A stretch of DNA of 64,000 nucleotides. Origin: an uncultured bacterium (GTDB lineage Bacteria > Actinomycetota > Acidimicrobiia > Spongiisociales > UBA5794). Within the stretch, counting starts at the first letter, position 1; the number at the start of each line of letters is the position of its first letter. Of the stretch, positions 1 to 8,913 are shown in pieces. A model generated the notes under the pieces. It saw only the letters and a program-made list of their open reading frames with translations. It ran no database searches and had not been told where the DNA came from. The translations under genes and the position numbers were made by a program. The stretch lies in assembly GCA_963801165.1 (NCBI GenBank), contig CAWDDT010000004.1:96001-160000 (forward strand), read 5' to 3'.

Positions 1-613
1 CGAGTTCGGCGAGGAACTCAGGAAGCGGTGACATCTCTTCAGGGGCCAGGATGAGCATCTCGGCATCGAACTGCGACAGGGCGTAGCCCAGTGAGTGCAT
101 GGTGCGCATGCGATGATCGCCGACGGCCAGGATGGTCTTGCCGTCGACCGATCCCATCTCCTTGGTGATGGTGTAGAGGTCGGTGAGGATCTGAGTCGGG
201 TGCTCGCCCCAGCCGTCGCCACCATTGATGATCGGGATCGATGCCCATTTGGCCGCCTCGTGCGGGGCGCCTTGCTCGAAGTGACGCATGACGATGACGT
301 CGCCGTAGAACTCGAGCATGTGGACCGTGTCCTTGATGGACTCCTGATAGAAGTCGCCCGCCCGCGTCATCTTGGCATCTGAGAAACCTGTGACATGGCC
401 GCCGAGGCGGTGCATAGCGGCTTCATGGGCGAGACGGGTACGTGTGGACGGCTGATAGAAAGCCGTGACGAGAGTCTTGTGAGCGAGGAGGTCTGTGTTG
501 CGACGCTCCCGAGCGATCGGCTCGACCCGGTCGGCGATCTCGAAAAGATGCATGAATTCGTTGCGTTCGAAATCCTTCAGCGAAAGGATGTCGCGTCCCG
601 CAAAACTGCGCAT
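1..613 (-). CDS. Aspartate carbamoyltransferase-like transcarbamylase (3' end runs off the window)
   Basis: Manual translation MRSFAGRDILSLKDF...FYQPSTRTRLAHEAAMHRLGG...ESIKDT...MRH...INGGDGWGEHPTQ...GDHRMRTMHSL. Contains STRT and HPTQ carbamoyl-phosphate motifs; GAAGGAGG RBS upstream. Missing from the ORF track because there is no stop in the window. Confidence 0.85.
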   Translation of the reverse strand, partial: MRSFAGRDILSLKDFERNEFMHLFEIADRVEPIARERRNTDLLAHKTLVTAFYQPSTRTRLAHEAAMHRLGGHVTGFSDAKMTRAGDFYQESIKDTVHMLEFYGDVIVMRHFEQGAPHEAAKWASIPIINGGDGWGEHPTQILTDLYTITKEMGSVDGKTILAVGDHRMRTMHSLGYALSQFDAEMLILAPEEMSPLPEFLAEL

Positions 614-661
614 ATGTGTGCCCTCCTTCAAGAGCTCGTGGTTTGGGTCAGATTTCGACCC

Positions 662-702
662 TTGTCGAATTGGTCATACCATCGTACAATATGATCACAT
701 TA
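662..702 (+). promoter_or_regulatory. Sigma70-type promoter for gntR with a GntR-type operator
   Basis: TTGTCG(662-667)-17 nt-TACAAT(685-690); palindrome TGGT-cat-ACCA at 671-681 lies in the spacer, with a degenerate copy at 692-702. Confidence 0.55.
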
Positions 703-722
703 CCGGCTAGTCTAATTTCGAA

Positions 723-1451
723 ATGATCACCAGAAGCCCATCGCTAACTGAACAGGTGAAGGCCCACCTAAAAGAGCAGATTGTCAACGACGAGTTTGTC
801 GACGGCCGGATCCCACCCGAGGCCACACTCGCCGAAGAGCTCGGGGTCAGCCGCACCACTATCCGCGATGCGCTCGGCAAGCTCGAGCACGAAGGTGCCA
901 TCTACCGCAAGCAGGGCGCCGGCACCTTCGTCAACGAGGCCGGTCTCCAGATCAAGTCACGGCTCGAGGAGATCTGGTCTTACGAGCAGGTGCTACGTGA
1001 CCACGGATACACGCCTTCGGTCGAGGTCCTCTCCGCCGAGATCCTCCCCGTCAATGAGGACACCGCAGAGGCGCTCGGTCTCAGTGACGGTGATCGGGTG
1101 TTCGTCATCGAGAAGCTCTTTCTCGAGGATTCGACGCCCGTGGTCCTGGCGAGAAACCGGATCCCGGCGGGCCTGATCGACCTGGCGCCGCCCGGCAAGG
1201 TCGAGCTTCCGGTATATGAGTATCTGGAGGAGATCAGCAACCGCCGCCTCAGCTACTACCTCTCTGAGATCGTGCCGGTGGCATTCAATGCCGACCAGGC
1301 CGGGAAGCTCGGGGTTGCCCCGGGCACAGTGGGTCTCTCGTTTGTTGAGGTCGGCTTCGACCAGAACAACGAGCCGGTCGTGCATGCCACCTCGTATTTC
1401 CGCGACGATTTGCTCCGCTTCCGTCTGATCAGACGGAAGACCGGTGCATGA
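723..1451 (+). CDS. GntR family transcriptional regulator (HutC/UTRA type)
   Basis: N-terminal HTH IPPEATLAEELGVSRTTIRDAL...QGAGTFV; C-terminal UTRA-like domain. Confidence 0.92.
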   Translation: MITRSPSLTEQVKAHLKEQIVNDEFVDGRIPPEATLAEELGVSRTTIRDALGKLEHEGAIYRKQGAGTFVNEAGLQIKSRLEEIWSYEQVLRDHGYTPSVEVLSAEILPVNEDTAEALGLSDGDRVFVIEKLFLEDSTPVVLARNRIPAGLIDLAPPGKVELPVYEYLEEISNRRLSYYLSEIVPVAFNADQAGKLGVAPGTVGLSFVEVGFDQNNEPVVHATSYFRDDLLRFRLIRRKTGA

Positions 1452-1465
1452 AGAACAGAAGAGAA

Positions 1466-1506
1466 AACCCAGACATAGAACCCAGACATAGAACCCAGAC
1501 ATAGAA
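1466..1506. repeat. Tandem repeat, 3 x 13 bp AACCCAGACATAG
   Basis: Three exact units directly abutting the RBS (GAAGGAG) of the next gene. Confidence 0.9.
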
Positions 1507-1516
1507 GGAGCAGTTG

Positions 1517-2491
1517 ATGCAGACCCATCTGCACGGTCGCGACATGATCACGACCCAGGAGTGGACCAAGGACGAGCTGGACACGGTCCTCGACATCGCC
1601 CTCGACCTGAAGCGCCGTCGGGCCCTCGGTGAGCAGCACGCCCTCTTGGACAACAAGGTGCTGGCCATGTTGTTCTTCTTCTCCAGCACCAGGACCCGGG
1701 CCAGCTTCGAGGCGGGCATGGCCCAGCTCGGTGGGCACGCCATGTTCCTCGACAGCACGAGCACCCAGATCGGCCACGGCGACACGTGGAAGGAGATCGG
1801 TGAGATTCTCGGCCGCTACAACGACGGCATCGCAATCCGCCAGGTCGACTGGGGTATCGGCAACAAGTACATCCGTGCGGTAGCCGAGGCGAGCCGGGTG
1901 CCCGTGCTCAACATGCAGTGCGACGTGTACCACCCGCACCAGGCGCTGGCCGATCTGCTGACGATCATCGAGCAGAAGGGCGATCCCTCGAAGCTGACGG
2001 TCAACATGAGCTATGCGTATGCGGCCAGCTATCAGAAGCCGATAAGCGTGCCACAGAGCCTGATCCTGCTGATGACCCGCTACGGCGCCAACGTCCGTTT
2101 GACCCGGCCGCCCGAGTTCAAGCTCATGCCTGAGATCGTTGCCCAGGCCGAGGAGAACGCCAAGAAGGCGCACGGCAGCTTCGAGATCGTCGAGGATTTC
2201 GAGGAGGGCATGCGTGGCGCCGACGTCGTCTACGCCAAGGCGTGGGGCTCGATGCTGACCACGTCGGATCTCGAGGAGTCGGCGAAGATCTCGGCGCAGT
2301 ACAAGGACTGGATCGTCGACCCCCGCCGTATGGAGATGGCCGACGAGGACGCCATCTACATGCACCCGCTGCCCGCCGACCGCAACATCGAGGTTGCCGA
2401 CGAGGTCATCGACGGTCGCTGGAGCCGGGTCTTCGACCAGGCCGAGAACCGTCTCCACGCCCAGAAAGCTGTCATGGCGCTGACGATGTAG
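1517..2491 (+). CDS. Ornithine carbamoyltransferase-superfamily protein, YgeW/knotted-transcarbamylase-like
   Basis: SSTRTRASF, QIGHG, NMQCDVYHPHQ, SYAYAASYQKPISVPQS, VYAKAW and YMHPLPAD motifs; lacks the SMG motif of true OTCase. Confidence 0.85.
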   Translation: MQTHLHGRDMITTQEWTKDELDTVLDIALDLKRRRALGEQHALLDNKVLAMLFFFSSTRTRASFEAGMAQLGGHAMFLDSTSTQIGHGDTWKEIGEILGRYNDGIAIRQVDWGIGNKYIRAVAEASRVPVLNMQCDVYHPHQALADLLTIIEQKGDPSKLTVNMSYAYAASYQKPISVPQSLILLMTRYGANVRLTRPPEFKLMPEIVAQAEENAKKAHGSFEIVEDFEEGMRGADVVYAKAWGSMLTTSDLEESAKISAQYKDWIVDPRRMEMADEDAIYMHPLPADRNIEVADEVIDGRWSRVFDQAENRLHAQKAVMALTM

Positions 2492-2612
2492 CCGCTTTGG
2501 CGTCGCAAACCGGAACATGTTCCGGTTTGCGACGCTAGAAGCCTCTCCTCGCGTTGCGGCGGGTCCCCTTGACCCGCTGCGCAACTCCAGGCTCGCTGCC
2601 AGTATGAGGGCT

Positions 2613-3731
2613 ATGAGAACCTGCGACTTCCTCGTCATCGGAGGAGGCATAGCCGGGGCCTCGGCCGCCTACGAGCTGGCGGCATACGGCAAAACCGTCC
2701 TGGTCGAACGAGAGCGCATTGCCGGATACCACACCACTGGTCGCTCAGCCGCCCTGTTCACCGAGTCATGGGAGCACGGCATTGTCCGCAGCCTCACCAC
2801 CGCCAGCCGGTCCTTTCTAGAGGACCCGCCTGCGGGTTTCACCGACCACCCGCTACTTTCGCCGCTGCACTTCCTGGTGATCGGTCGCGAGGATCAGCGC
2901 GAGGCGGTTGCAGCGTTGGCGGACGACACGGTCGCCGCCGGCACGGTGCAGGTGCTGGACGGCAACGGTGCCGTATCGGTCTGTCCGGTCCTGCGGCCGG
3001 GCTATGTGGTGGCGGCGATCCTGGAACCCGGCTCGATGGAAATCGACGTCAACGAACTCCATCAAGGGTTCGTGCGGGGTCTGCGCCGGCGGGGAGGCGA
3101 GGTCCGGCTCAATGCAGAAGTCAGTGAGATCCGCCAGGTCGGGGATGGTTGGGTCGTAGCCGCCGGGGAGTCGACGATCTCTGCCGGCGTCGTCGTCAAC
3201 GCCGCAGGAGCGTGGGCGGACGCGGTTGCTGAGCTGGCAGGTGTCGGACCGATCGGGCTGGTGCCCTATCGGAGGACCGCATTCGTGTTCCCGGCGCCGA
3301 TCGATACCCATGGACTGCCGATGGTCGTCGATGTCGATCAGCAGTTTTACTTCAAGCCGGAGAGCGGTCGATTCATGGGCTCGCTGGCGGAGGAGACTCC
3401 GATGGAGCCACACGACGTGCGACCGGAGGAGATCGACGTTGCGCTGGCGATCGACCGGATCAAGGCCGCGACGACCCTGGATATCCGTCACGTTTCCCGG
3501 ACGTGGGCAGGGCTTCGTTCGTTCGTCGCCGATCGCCTTCCCGTCGTGGGCATGGAGCCCGACCATCCGGGTTTCTTCTGGCTGGCGGGTCAAGGCGGCT
3601 TCGGGATCATGACCTCGCCGGCAATGGCACGCCTCGCCGCCGGGCTCATCGCCGAGGGTCGGGCTTCGACCGAGCTGGTAGCGGCGGGAGTAGACCCATC
3701 CCAGCTCGGTCCGGGCCGGTTCCGGAGCTGA
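2613..3731 (+). CDS. FAD-dependent oxidoreductase (DAO family, D-arginine dehydrogenase DauA-like)
   Basis: GGGIAG dinucleotide motif, GYHTTGRSAA, VVNAAGAWAD, WAGLRSF, GQGGFGIMTSPA. Confidence 0.88.
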   Translation: MRTCDFLVIGGGIAGASAAYELAAYGKTVLVERERIAGYHTTGRSAALFTESWEHGIVRSLTTASRSFLEDPPAGFTDHPLLSPLHFLVIGREDQREAVAALADDTVAAGTVQVLDGNGAVSVCPVLRPGYVVAAILEPGSMEIDVNELHQGFVRGLRRRGGEVRLNAEVSEIRQVGDGWVVAAGESTISAGVVVNAAGAWADAVAELAGVGPIGLVPYRRTAFVFPAPIDTHGLPMVVDVDQQFYFKPESGRFMGSLAEETPMEPHDVRPEEIDVALAIDRIKAATTLDIRHVSRTWAGLRSFVADRLPVVGMEPDHPGFFWLAGQGGFGIMTSPAMARLAAGLIAEGRASTELVAAGVDPSQLGPGRFRS

Positions 3732-3798
3732 AGCTCTTAGGACGCGTCGCCGACCGGCGCCCTAGTCTCCCCGTGTCTGGATCAGGATCGGAGATGGG

Positions 3799-4749
3799 GT
3801 GGCGGGTCGCATGCACGTAGTCACTGGTGCCTTTGGTTACACGGGCAGATACATCGCACACGAACTGTTGCGCCGTGGCGAGCGGGTCCGCACGCTGAGC
3901 AACTCCGTTAGCAGGGGCAATCCGTTCGGTGATGCGATCGAGATCCACCCGCTCGACTTCAGCAAGCCCGAGACCCTCACCGAGTCGCTTCGCGGCGCCG
4001 ATGTGCTGCACAACACATACTGGGTTCGGTACGACTACAAGGACGGGTCTGCCGACTTCGGCTATGCACAGGCAGTCGCCAACACTCGCATCCTCTTTGA
4101 CTGTGCCCGTGCGGCCGGAGTGACAAGGATTGTCCACCTGAGCGTTGCCAATGCGAGCGAAGACTCGAGTTGGGGCTACTTCCGGGGCAAGGCCCAGCTC
4201 GAGCAGGATCTTGCCGCATCGGCAGTGTCGTACGCAATAGTCCGTCCCACCATCATCTACGGCCGCCCGGAGAACGTGCTGATAAACAACATCGCCTGGC
4301 TGCTGCGCAAGTTCCCGGTGCATGGGGTCTTCGGGAGAGGCGATGCCCGGGTCACGCCGGTCCACGTCGATGACGTTGCTCGGATCTGCGCAGACGCAGC
4401 CGATCGCAACGGGGGCGAAGTGCTGGATGCCGTCGGTCCCGAGACGTTCACTTACAAGGAAATGGTGCGGATGATGGCGAAAGCCATGGGTCTCCGCAGG
4501 CTCATAGTGCCTATGCCCGACCTCATGATTCTGGCCGCCGCAAGGGTCCTGGGGAGGTTTCTCGATGACATCGTGATCACCCGGCACGAGATCTCGGGTC
4601 TCCGCGACGAGACCATGTACACCGGCACCGAAGCTCTCGGGCGGATCCGCTTCACCGGGTGGCTTCACTCCGAGGCCGACACGCTCGGCCGCAGCTACGT
4701 GAACGACCTAGCGCGCCGGCGCGCTTCCACCGACGATGCAGGAGGATGA
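3799..4749 (+). CDS. NAD(P)-dependent epimerase/atypical SDR (NDUFA9-like)
   Basis: VTGAFGYTG, YFRGKAQLE, VRPTIIYG, PVHVDDVA. Confidence 0.85.
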   Translation: MAGRMHVVTGAFGYTGRYIAHELLRRGERVRTLSNSVSRGNPFGDAIEIHPLDFSKPETLTESLRGADVLHNTYWVRYDYKDGSADFGYAQAVANTRILFDCARAAGVTRIVHLSVANASEDSSWGYFRGKAQLEQDLAASAVSYAIVRPTIIYGRPENVLINNIAWLLRKFPVHGVFGRGDARVTPVHVDDVARICADAADRNGGEVLDAVGPETFTYKEMVRMMAKAMGLRRLIVPMPDLMILAAARVLGRFLDDIVITRHEISGLRDETMYTGTEALGRIRFTGWLHSEADTLGRSYVNDLARRRASTDDAGG

Positions 4750-4842
4750 GGCGATGTCATCACACGACGAGCTACGCGCGGCGACCGCCCAGGTCAGAGA
4801 GGATCTCGATCTCGATGGGCTGCTGGCGGAGATCGGTGAGCC

Positions 4843-6204
4843 TCATTCTCCGTCCGGCTGCTCGTAGGGGATGTGCTGCCACCACAGCTGCTCACCGGTG
4901 TTGGCGTCAAGTGCCACCACGGCGAGGGCAGTGGCCACGTAGGCGGTCGTGTCGTCGGCGGCCACCGCGAACGAGTAGCTGAGACCCACCGGTGCCGTCC
5001 AGACTCGATTGCCCGTTTGCGGGTCGAGCCGCGCCACGACGCCGGCGGCAGGGTCGAGAGCCCAGATCGCGTTTCCCGAAACGGTCACCGTGGACTGGTT
5101 GAGATCTCCGGAGACCCAAATGGACTCGCCGGTGTCCGGGTCGATCGCCGTCACCCGCAGCGGGCTCGCAACGATGATCGCCCCACCGGCATATCCGATC
5201 GGCGTGCCCAGCCCGCTCGGGCGTCGGAGAAGCTCTTCGCCGCCAGGCCCGAGCACAACGAGATCTGCTTGTTGACCGCCCACGACGACACGGTCCCCCG
5301 CAGCTATGGCACCGTCGAAGCCTTCGACCTGGTCGTCGATACCGTCGTCGATAGCCCGGCTCAGGACCAGGTCGCCGGTTGTGGCGTCGAGCAGCACCAG
5401 CTCAGAACCACCGTCAATGTCCGGGTCTCTGCCGATGATGGTGACTACGTCGCTACCGACGACGACCATCTCGCATGGCGTGTCGGCGGTCCATGCCTCG
5501 ACTCCGGTGGCGCCATCGAGGAATGCAACCGATTCAGCATCGGAACCGCGACACATCAACACGGCATCGTCACCCACCACTGCCTGTGCCCCTTCGTCAG
5601 ACCAGAGCTCATCGCCCGTGCTCGGATTGCGACCGACGGCGTGCCGTCCATCTGATGTGACCACAACATCACCGGTCACGCCGGCCAGGCTGTTCGGCCA
5701 GCTCTGCTCCTGCCAGCGAATCTCGCCTCCGGGATCGACGCCTGTGATCTGGTAGTCGCCCGCGACGACGACTCCGGCGCCGGGGGTTGCGGCTATCGCA
5801 GTGTTGGAGGACATCCATGGTTGCGGCTTGCGGGTCAGACAATCGTCGGTACCGCAGCCAACGAGTTGGCGATCTCCGAGTGGCTCGGCGAGGCCGACGT
5901 CAATCGTCTTGATGATTCCTTCATCGGTGCATCCGCTCGGAAAGCGCTTGCGCCATACCTGTGCCTTGACTTCGACTTGCTCAGGCGTCTCGTTGATCTC
6001 CCACCCTTCCCAGCGGGTGCAATCACTGGCCACTCCGCCGAACAAGGTTGTGATCAGGAGGTGTTGCTGATCAGGTGTGGTGCCGATGAGCGTCCATTCG
6101 TTTTGGCTCGTCGAACCACCAACGGCACCGCATCCGGTAGTGAGGGCGAGGGCTAGCACGGCGACGCCCGCGGTACGGATCCTCATCATCGATCGCCTCC
6201 CCAT
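4843..6204 (-). CDS. PQQ-like beta-propeller repeat lipoprotein
   Basis: Lipobox-like ALTTGC after a hydrophobic stretch; repeated (L/I)DxxTGxxxW motifs; true start may be about 6189. Confidence 0.75.
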   Translation of the reverse strand: MGRRSMMRIRTAGVAVLALALTTGCGAVGGSTSQNEWTLIGTTPDQQHLLITTLFGGVASDCTRWEGWEINETPEQVEVKAQVWRKRFPSGCTDEGIIKTIDVGLAEPLGDRQLVGCGTDDCLTRKPQPWMSSNTAIAATPGAGVVVAGDYQITGVDPGGEIRWQEQSWPNSLAGVTGDVVVTSDGRHAVGRNPSTGDELWSDEGAQAVVGDDAVLMCRGSDAESVAFLDGATGVEAWTADTPCEMVVVGSDVVTIIGRDPDIDGGSELVLLDATTGDLVLSRAIDDGIDDQVEGFDGAIAAGDRVVVGGQQADLVVLGPGGEELLRRPSGLGTPIGYAGGAIIVASPLRVTAIDPDTGESIWVSGDLNQSTVTVSGNAIWALDPAAGVVARLDPQTGNRVWTAPVGLSYSFAVAADDTTAYVATALAVVALDANTGEQLWWQHIPYEQPDGE

Positions 6205-6268
6205 GAGAGCACATCCACATTATGGACGCGGAGGAGATATACCGGTCCTCCGTCGGTGGTCGCGACCC

Positions 6269-7495
6269 CTACGGTCCTCGGGCCGGGTGGATGAATTCGT
6301 ATCCGCCGTTGGCGGTGCGTTTGATGTCCCATTTGGTGTTGTGGATGAGGGTGTGGTGGCGGCGGCAGAGGAGGATGAGGTTGTCGACATTGGTCTCGCC
6401 GAGCGATTCGATCCATCCGTCGATGTGGTGGATGTCGCACCATTGGGGCTTGCGGTTGCAGCCGGGGAAGCGGCAGTGGCGGTCTCTGACGGTGATGGCT
6501 TGTCGTTGTGCTTTGGTGGGGAAGCGGGCGGAGCGGCCCATGTCGAGGATCTCCGAGCCACCCGCCATGATGAAGCGGGTGAAGCGGGCGTCGCAGCACA
6601 TCTGGTCGAGGATGGTGCGGGTGACACCGCCGACACCCTCGATCTCGCAACGGGAGGTGGCCATCTGTGGTGTCTCGCCGAGCAGACTTGCCACGTCGAT
6701 GACTGTGCTGACATTGGGTGGGTTGCTGCCGGGCCGGCCGCGATTGATGTGCATATTGAAGATGTCGACCAGGGCATCGGCGCGCCGCTGCGAGAGAGTA
6801 CGGGGCCCATCGGGGGCGTCCTCAGGATCCGGTGGCGCGTTGTGGTCGAGGGCGCTGAGGAACTGAGCGCCAAAGACGGGATCGAGGTAGAAGTCCCCGT
6901 TGACCCACCCGTCGAGACCGACCGACGCATGCACGTGGCGACGCTCCCACTTCTCGGCATACTCCTCCTTGGCCAGCTCGTCGTCGGCGAGCGAAGCCCA
7001 GTGGTGCATGACTTTGGTGAAGTCTTCGACGGGGAGTTTGCTCGCCTGATCCACCAGGACCGGGGCATGCTCGCCCAGCAGTGGGAGGCGGTCGCCTGAC
7101 ATCACCCGGCCCATGGCCTCGACGTGTTGCGTTGTGATCTCGCCGTCAGCCAGACCTGTGGCCACGGGCTCGTGCTCGGCAACGATGCGGGCATTCCGTA
7201 CCAGACGCTGTGCTTCACCCCCTGCGAGGGGAGTGTTGCGGGTGAGCCAGGACCGCGGTGAGAGCGACCCGTCGATCTCCCAGGCGCGGTCCCGCTCCCA
7301 CTCGCCGGTGAGACGCAGGATCTCGGCGTCGAATCGCTCTCGGGTCTCCAGCAGCTCGGCCAGCCGCTCTGATTTCGAGGCTCCGGTCCAATACGAGCGA
7401 TCCTCGCCGGCCAGCACGGCGACACCCATCCGGATCTGGAGAACCGGATCGATGCTGCCAGGCGGCGGAGTTCGTGTCTCTCTTGTATCGAACAT
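6269..7495 (-). CDS. DUF222 domain / HNH endonuclease (13E12-repeat-like)
   Basis: RTLSQRRADAL; RDRHCRFPGC...CDIHH...TNVDNLILLCRRHH HNH domain; MFD start. Confidence 0.88.
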   Translation of the reverse strand: MFDTRETRTPPPGSIDPVLQIRMGVAVLAGEDRSYWTGASKSERLAELLETRERFDAEILRLTGEWERDRAWEIDGSLSPRSWLTRNTPLAGGEAQRLVRNARIVAEHEPVATGLADGEITTQHVEAMGRVMSGDRLPLLGEHAPVLVDQASKLPVEDFTKVMHHWASLADDELAKEEYAEKWERRHVHASVGLDGWVNGDFYLDPVFGAQFLSALDHNAPPDPEDAPDGPRTLSQRRADALVDIFNMHINRGRPGSNPPNVSTVIDVASLLGETPQMATSRCEIEGVGGVTRTILDQMCCDARFTRFIMAGGSEILDMGRSARFPTKAQRQAITVRDRHCRFPGCNRKPQWCDIHHIDGWIESLGETNVDNLILLCRRHHTLIHNTKWDIKRTANGGYEFIHPARGP

Positions 7496-7530
7496 ACGTT
7501 CGATACTACACGATGCTTAGGACAAGTCAA
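7485..7530 (-). promoter_or_regulatory. LexA (SOS) box overlapping the start codon, plus a leaderless promoter
   Basis: Perfect TCGAAC-ATAC-GTTCGA (7488-7503) within a 22-bp palindrome; minus strand TTGACT-16 nt-TAGTAT, 7 nt before ATG. Confidence 0.85.
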
Positions 7531-7606
7531 GAACCGTGAGCGGTCTGTGCGGGTTGACATGTCTCGGTGTCCGGAAGATCGGCGCGTAGCCGCAGGATAT
7601 ATGTCA

Positions 7607-7641
7607 TTGACACATGTGGATTACATATGTAAGTTACATCT
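7607..7641 (+). promoter_or_regulatory. Leaderless promoter and probable PadR operator
   Basis: TTGACA(7607-7612)-17 nt-TAAGTT(7630-7635), ATG 6 nt later; palindrome TTACATATGTAA at 7621-7632. Confidence 0.7.
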
Positions 7642-8061
7642 ATGACACGCGGACAACACCCTGGCCACCACGGACGACATGGCCCACGCTCACGGAATCG
7701 TTGGTATTCCGAGCGAACGGGCTGGCAGGTGCAAGCCCGGATCGAACGTTTTGTCGAGCCGGCGCTGCTGCTGCTGCTCTCCGAGGGCCCAACGCACGGG
7801 TACGACCTCGCCGATCGACTAGCGACGCTCATGGACGCCGAGCGAGTCGACTACGGCAACCTCTACCGGGCGTTGCGTGAGGCCGAGTCGGAGGGGATCG
7901 TTGCCTCACAGTGGAACGACACCCTTCCCGGCAGAACCAAGCGCACCTACGAGCTCACCCCCTCGGGCCGGGAGCTCCTCGAAGCCTGGGTGTTGTCGCT
8001 GCGAGCCGCAAGAGAATCGATCGACTCCTTCTTGGAGCGATACACCGAAAGGAACACCTGA
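7642..8061 (+). CDS. PadR family transcriptional regulator
   Basis: LLLLLSEGPTHGYDL...GNLYRALR...KRTYELTPSG. Confidence 0.9.
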   Translation: MTRGQHPGHHGRHGPRSRNRWYSERTGWQVQARIERFVEPALLLLLSEGPTHGYDLADRLATLMDAERVDYGNLYRALREAESEGIVASQWNDTLPGRTKRTYELTPSGRELLEAWVLSLRAARESIDSFLERYTERNT

Positions 8062-8062
8062 C

Positions 8063-8317
8063 ATGCATGGTGATCACCACCGCAACCGACGCCGGGTTGC
8101 CCGGCGCATGATGATGAAGCGTCACTTCGGGATGACGGCGGCCATGGGCCGCGGTCCCTGTTTTGACCATGACGACTACGACGAGGGCTGGGGGCCGACA
8201 GTGGAGCAGAAGGTCCGCTGGCTCGAGGAGTACCAAAGGGACCTCGAGCAGGAGACCGCCGACGTTGCGTCACGCATCGCCGACCTCCGCGCCACAGCCG
8301 GAAGCCCGACCGAGTAG
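8063..8317 (+). CDS. Small hypothetical protein (DUF5320-like: His/Arg-rich N-terminus, C-terminal coiled coil)
   Basis: AAAGGAA RBS; MHGDHHRNRRR...MGRGPCF...WLEEYQRDLEQETADVASRIADL. Confidence 0.65.
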   Translation: MHGDHHRNRRRVARRMMMKRHFGMTAAMGRGPCFDHDDYDEGWGPTVEQKVRWLEEYQRDLEQETADVASRIADLRATAGSPTE

Positions 8318-8361
8318 TAGCCCGATACCCACCTGCGATCCGCGATGGTCCGCCCGTCGCG

Positions 8362-8395
8362 GATCGTTGCGCGGTTGATCGTTGCGCGGTTGATC
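8362..8395. repeat. Tandem repeat, 2 x 15 bp GATCGTTGCGCGGTT
   Basis: Two exact units plus a partial third between convergent genes. Confidence 0.75.
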
Positions 8396-8447
8396 CCGGC
8401 ATCGGACTGGGGAGGTCACGCTGCCGGGATCTGTGTTCTCGGGAGCG

Positions 8448-8900
8448 TCAGAGTCCGAGAATGAGCGTGCCTAGTTCGGTGAATAACCAGAACGCCTTGG
8501 CACCCTGGCCAACCTCGGGGAACTGCAGATCTGTCGGGCAGGCATCGAGCGTGCCCATAGGCGCCTCATCGGTGGCCTCATCAGATTTGCTCACCTCGTC
8601 GCCGGGGGCGACGGTGACGCCGGCGCACTGCTGGAGGTGGCCGTAGGGCATCCCGTATTCGTCGATGATGCGTCTGCCGTAGGCCTTGGCCCAGTCGGGC
8701 ACGTGCGACGTGGTGTCACCGGGGGCGACGGTGTCGCCGGTGTCGTCGGTCTCGTCGGTCTCGTCGGTCACAGCGTTGTGGCCGTGGTTTCCGTGGTCGG
8801 CGGGCGGGCCGGGTACACCACCCGGTGCCGCGTACACCGGAGCGGCGCCGAACAGTACGAGCATGGCCGCTGCCAGTAGCAAGATCAGTCGTTTCCTCAT
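8448..8900 (-). CDS. Secreted hypothetical protein
   Basis: GAAAGGAA RBS; Sec signal MRKRLILLLAAAMLVLFGAAPVYA; acidic low-complexity linker. Confidence 0.7.
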   Translation of the reverse strand: MRKRLILLLAAAMLVLFGAAPVYAAPGGVPGPPADHGNHGHNAVTDETDETDDTGDTVAPGDTTSHVPDWAKAYGRRIIDEYGMPYGHLQQCAGVTVAPGDEVSKSDEATDEAPMGTLDACPTDLQFPEVGQGAKAFWLFTELGTLILGL

Positions 8901-8913
8901 GTGTTTCCTTTCG

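Noticed and set aside
1466-1506. Short repeats (also 8362-8395 and 46987-47124) as a CRISPR array
   Set aside because: Units are contiguous or only two copies, with no unique spacers of regular length and no cas genes.
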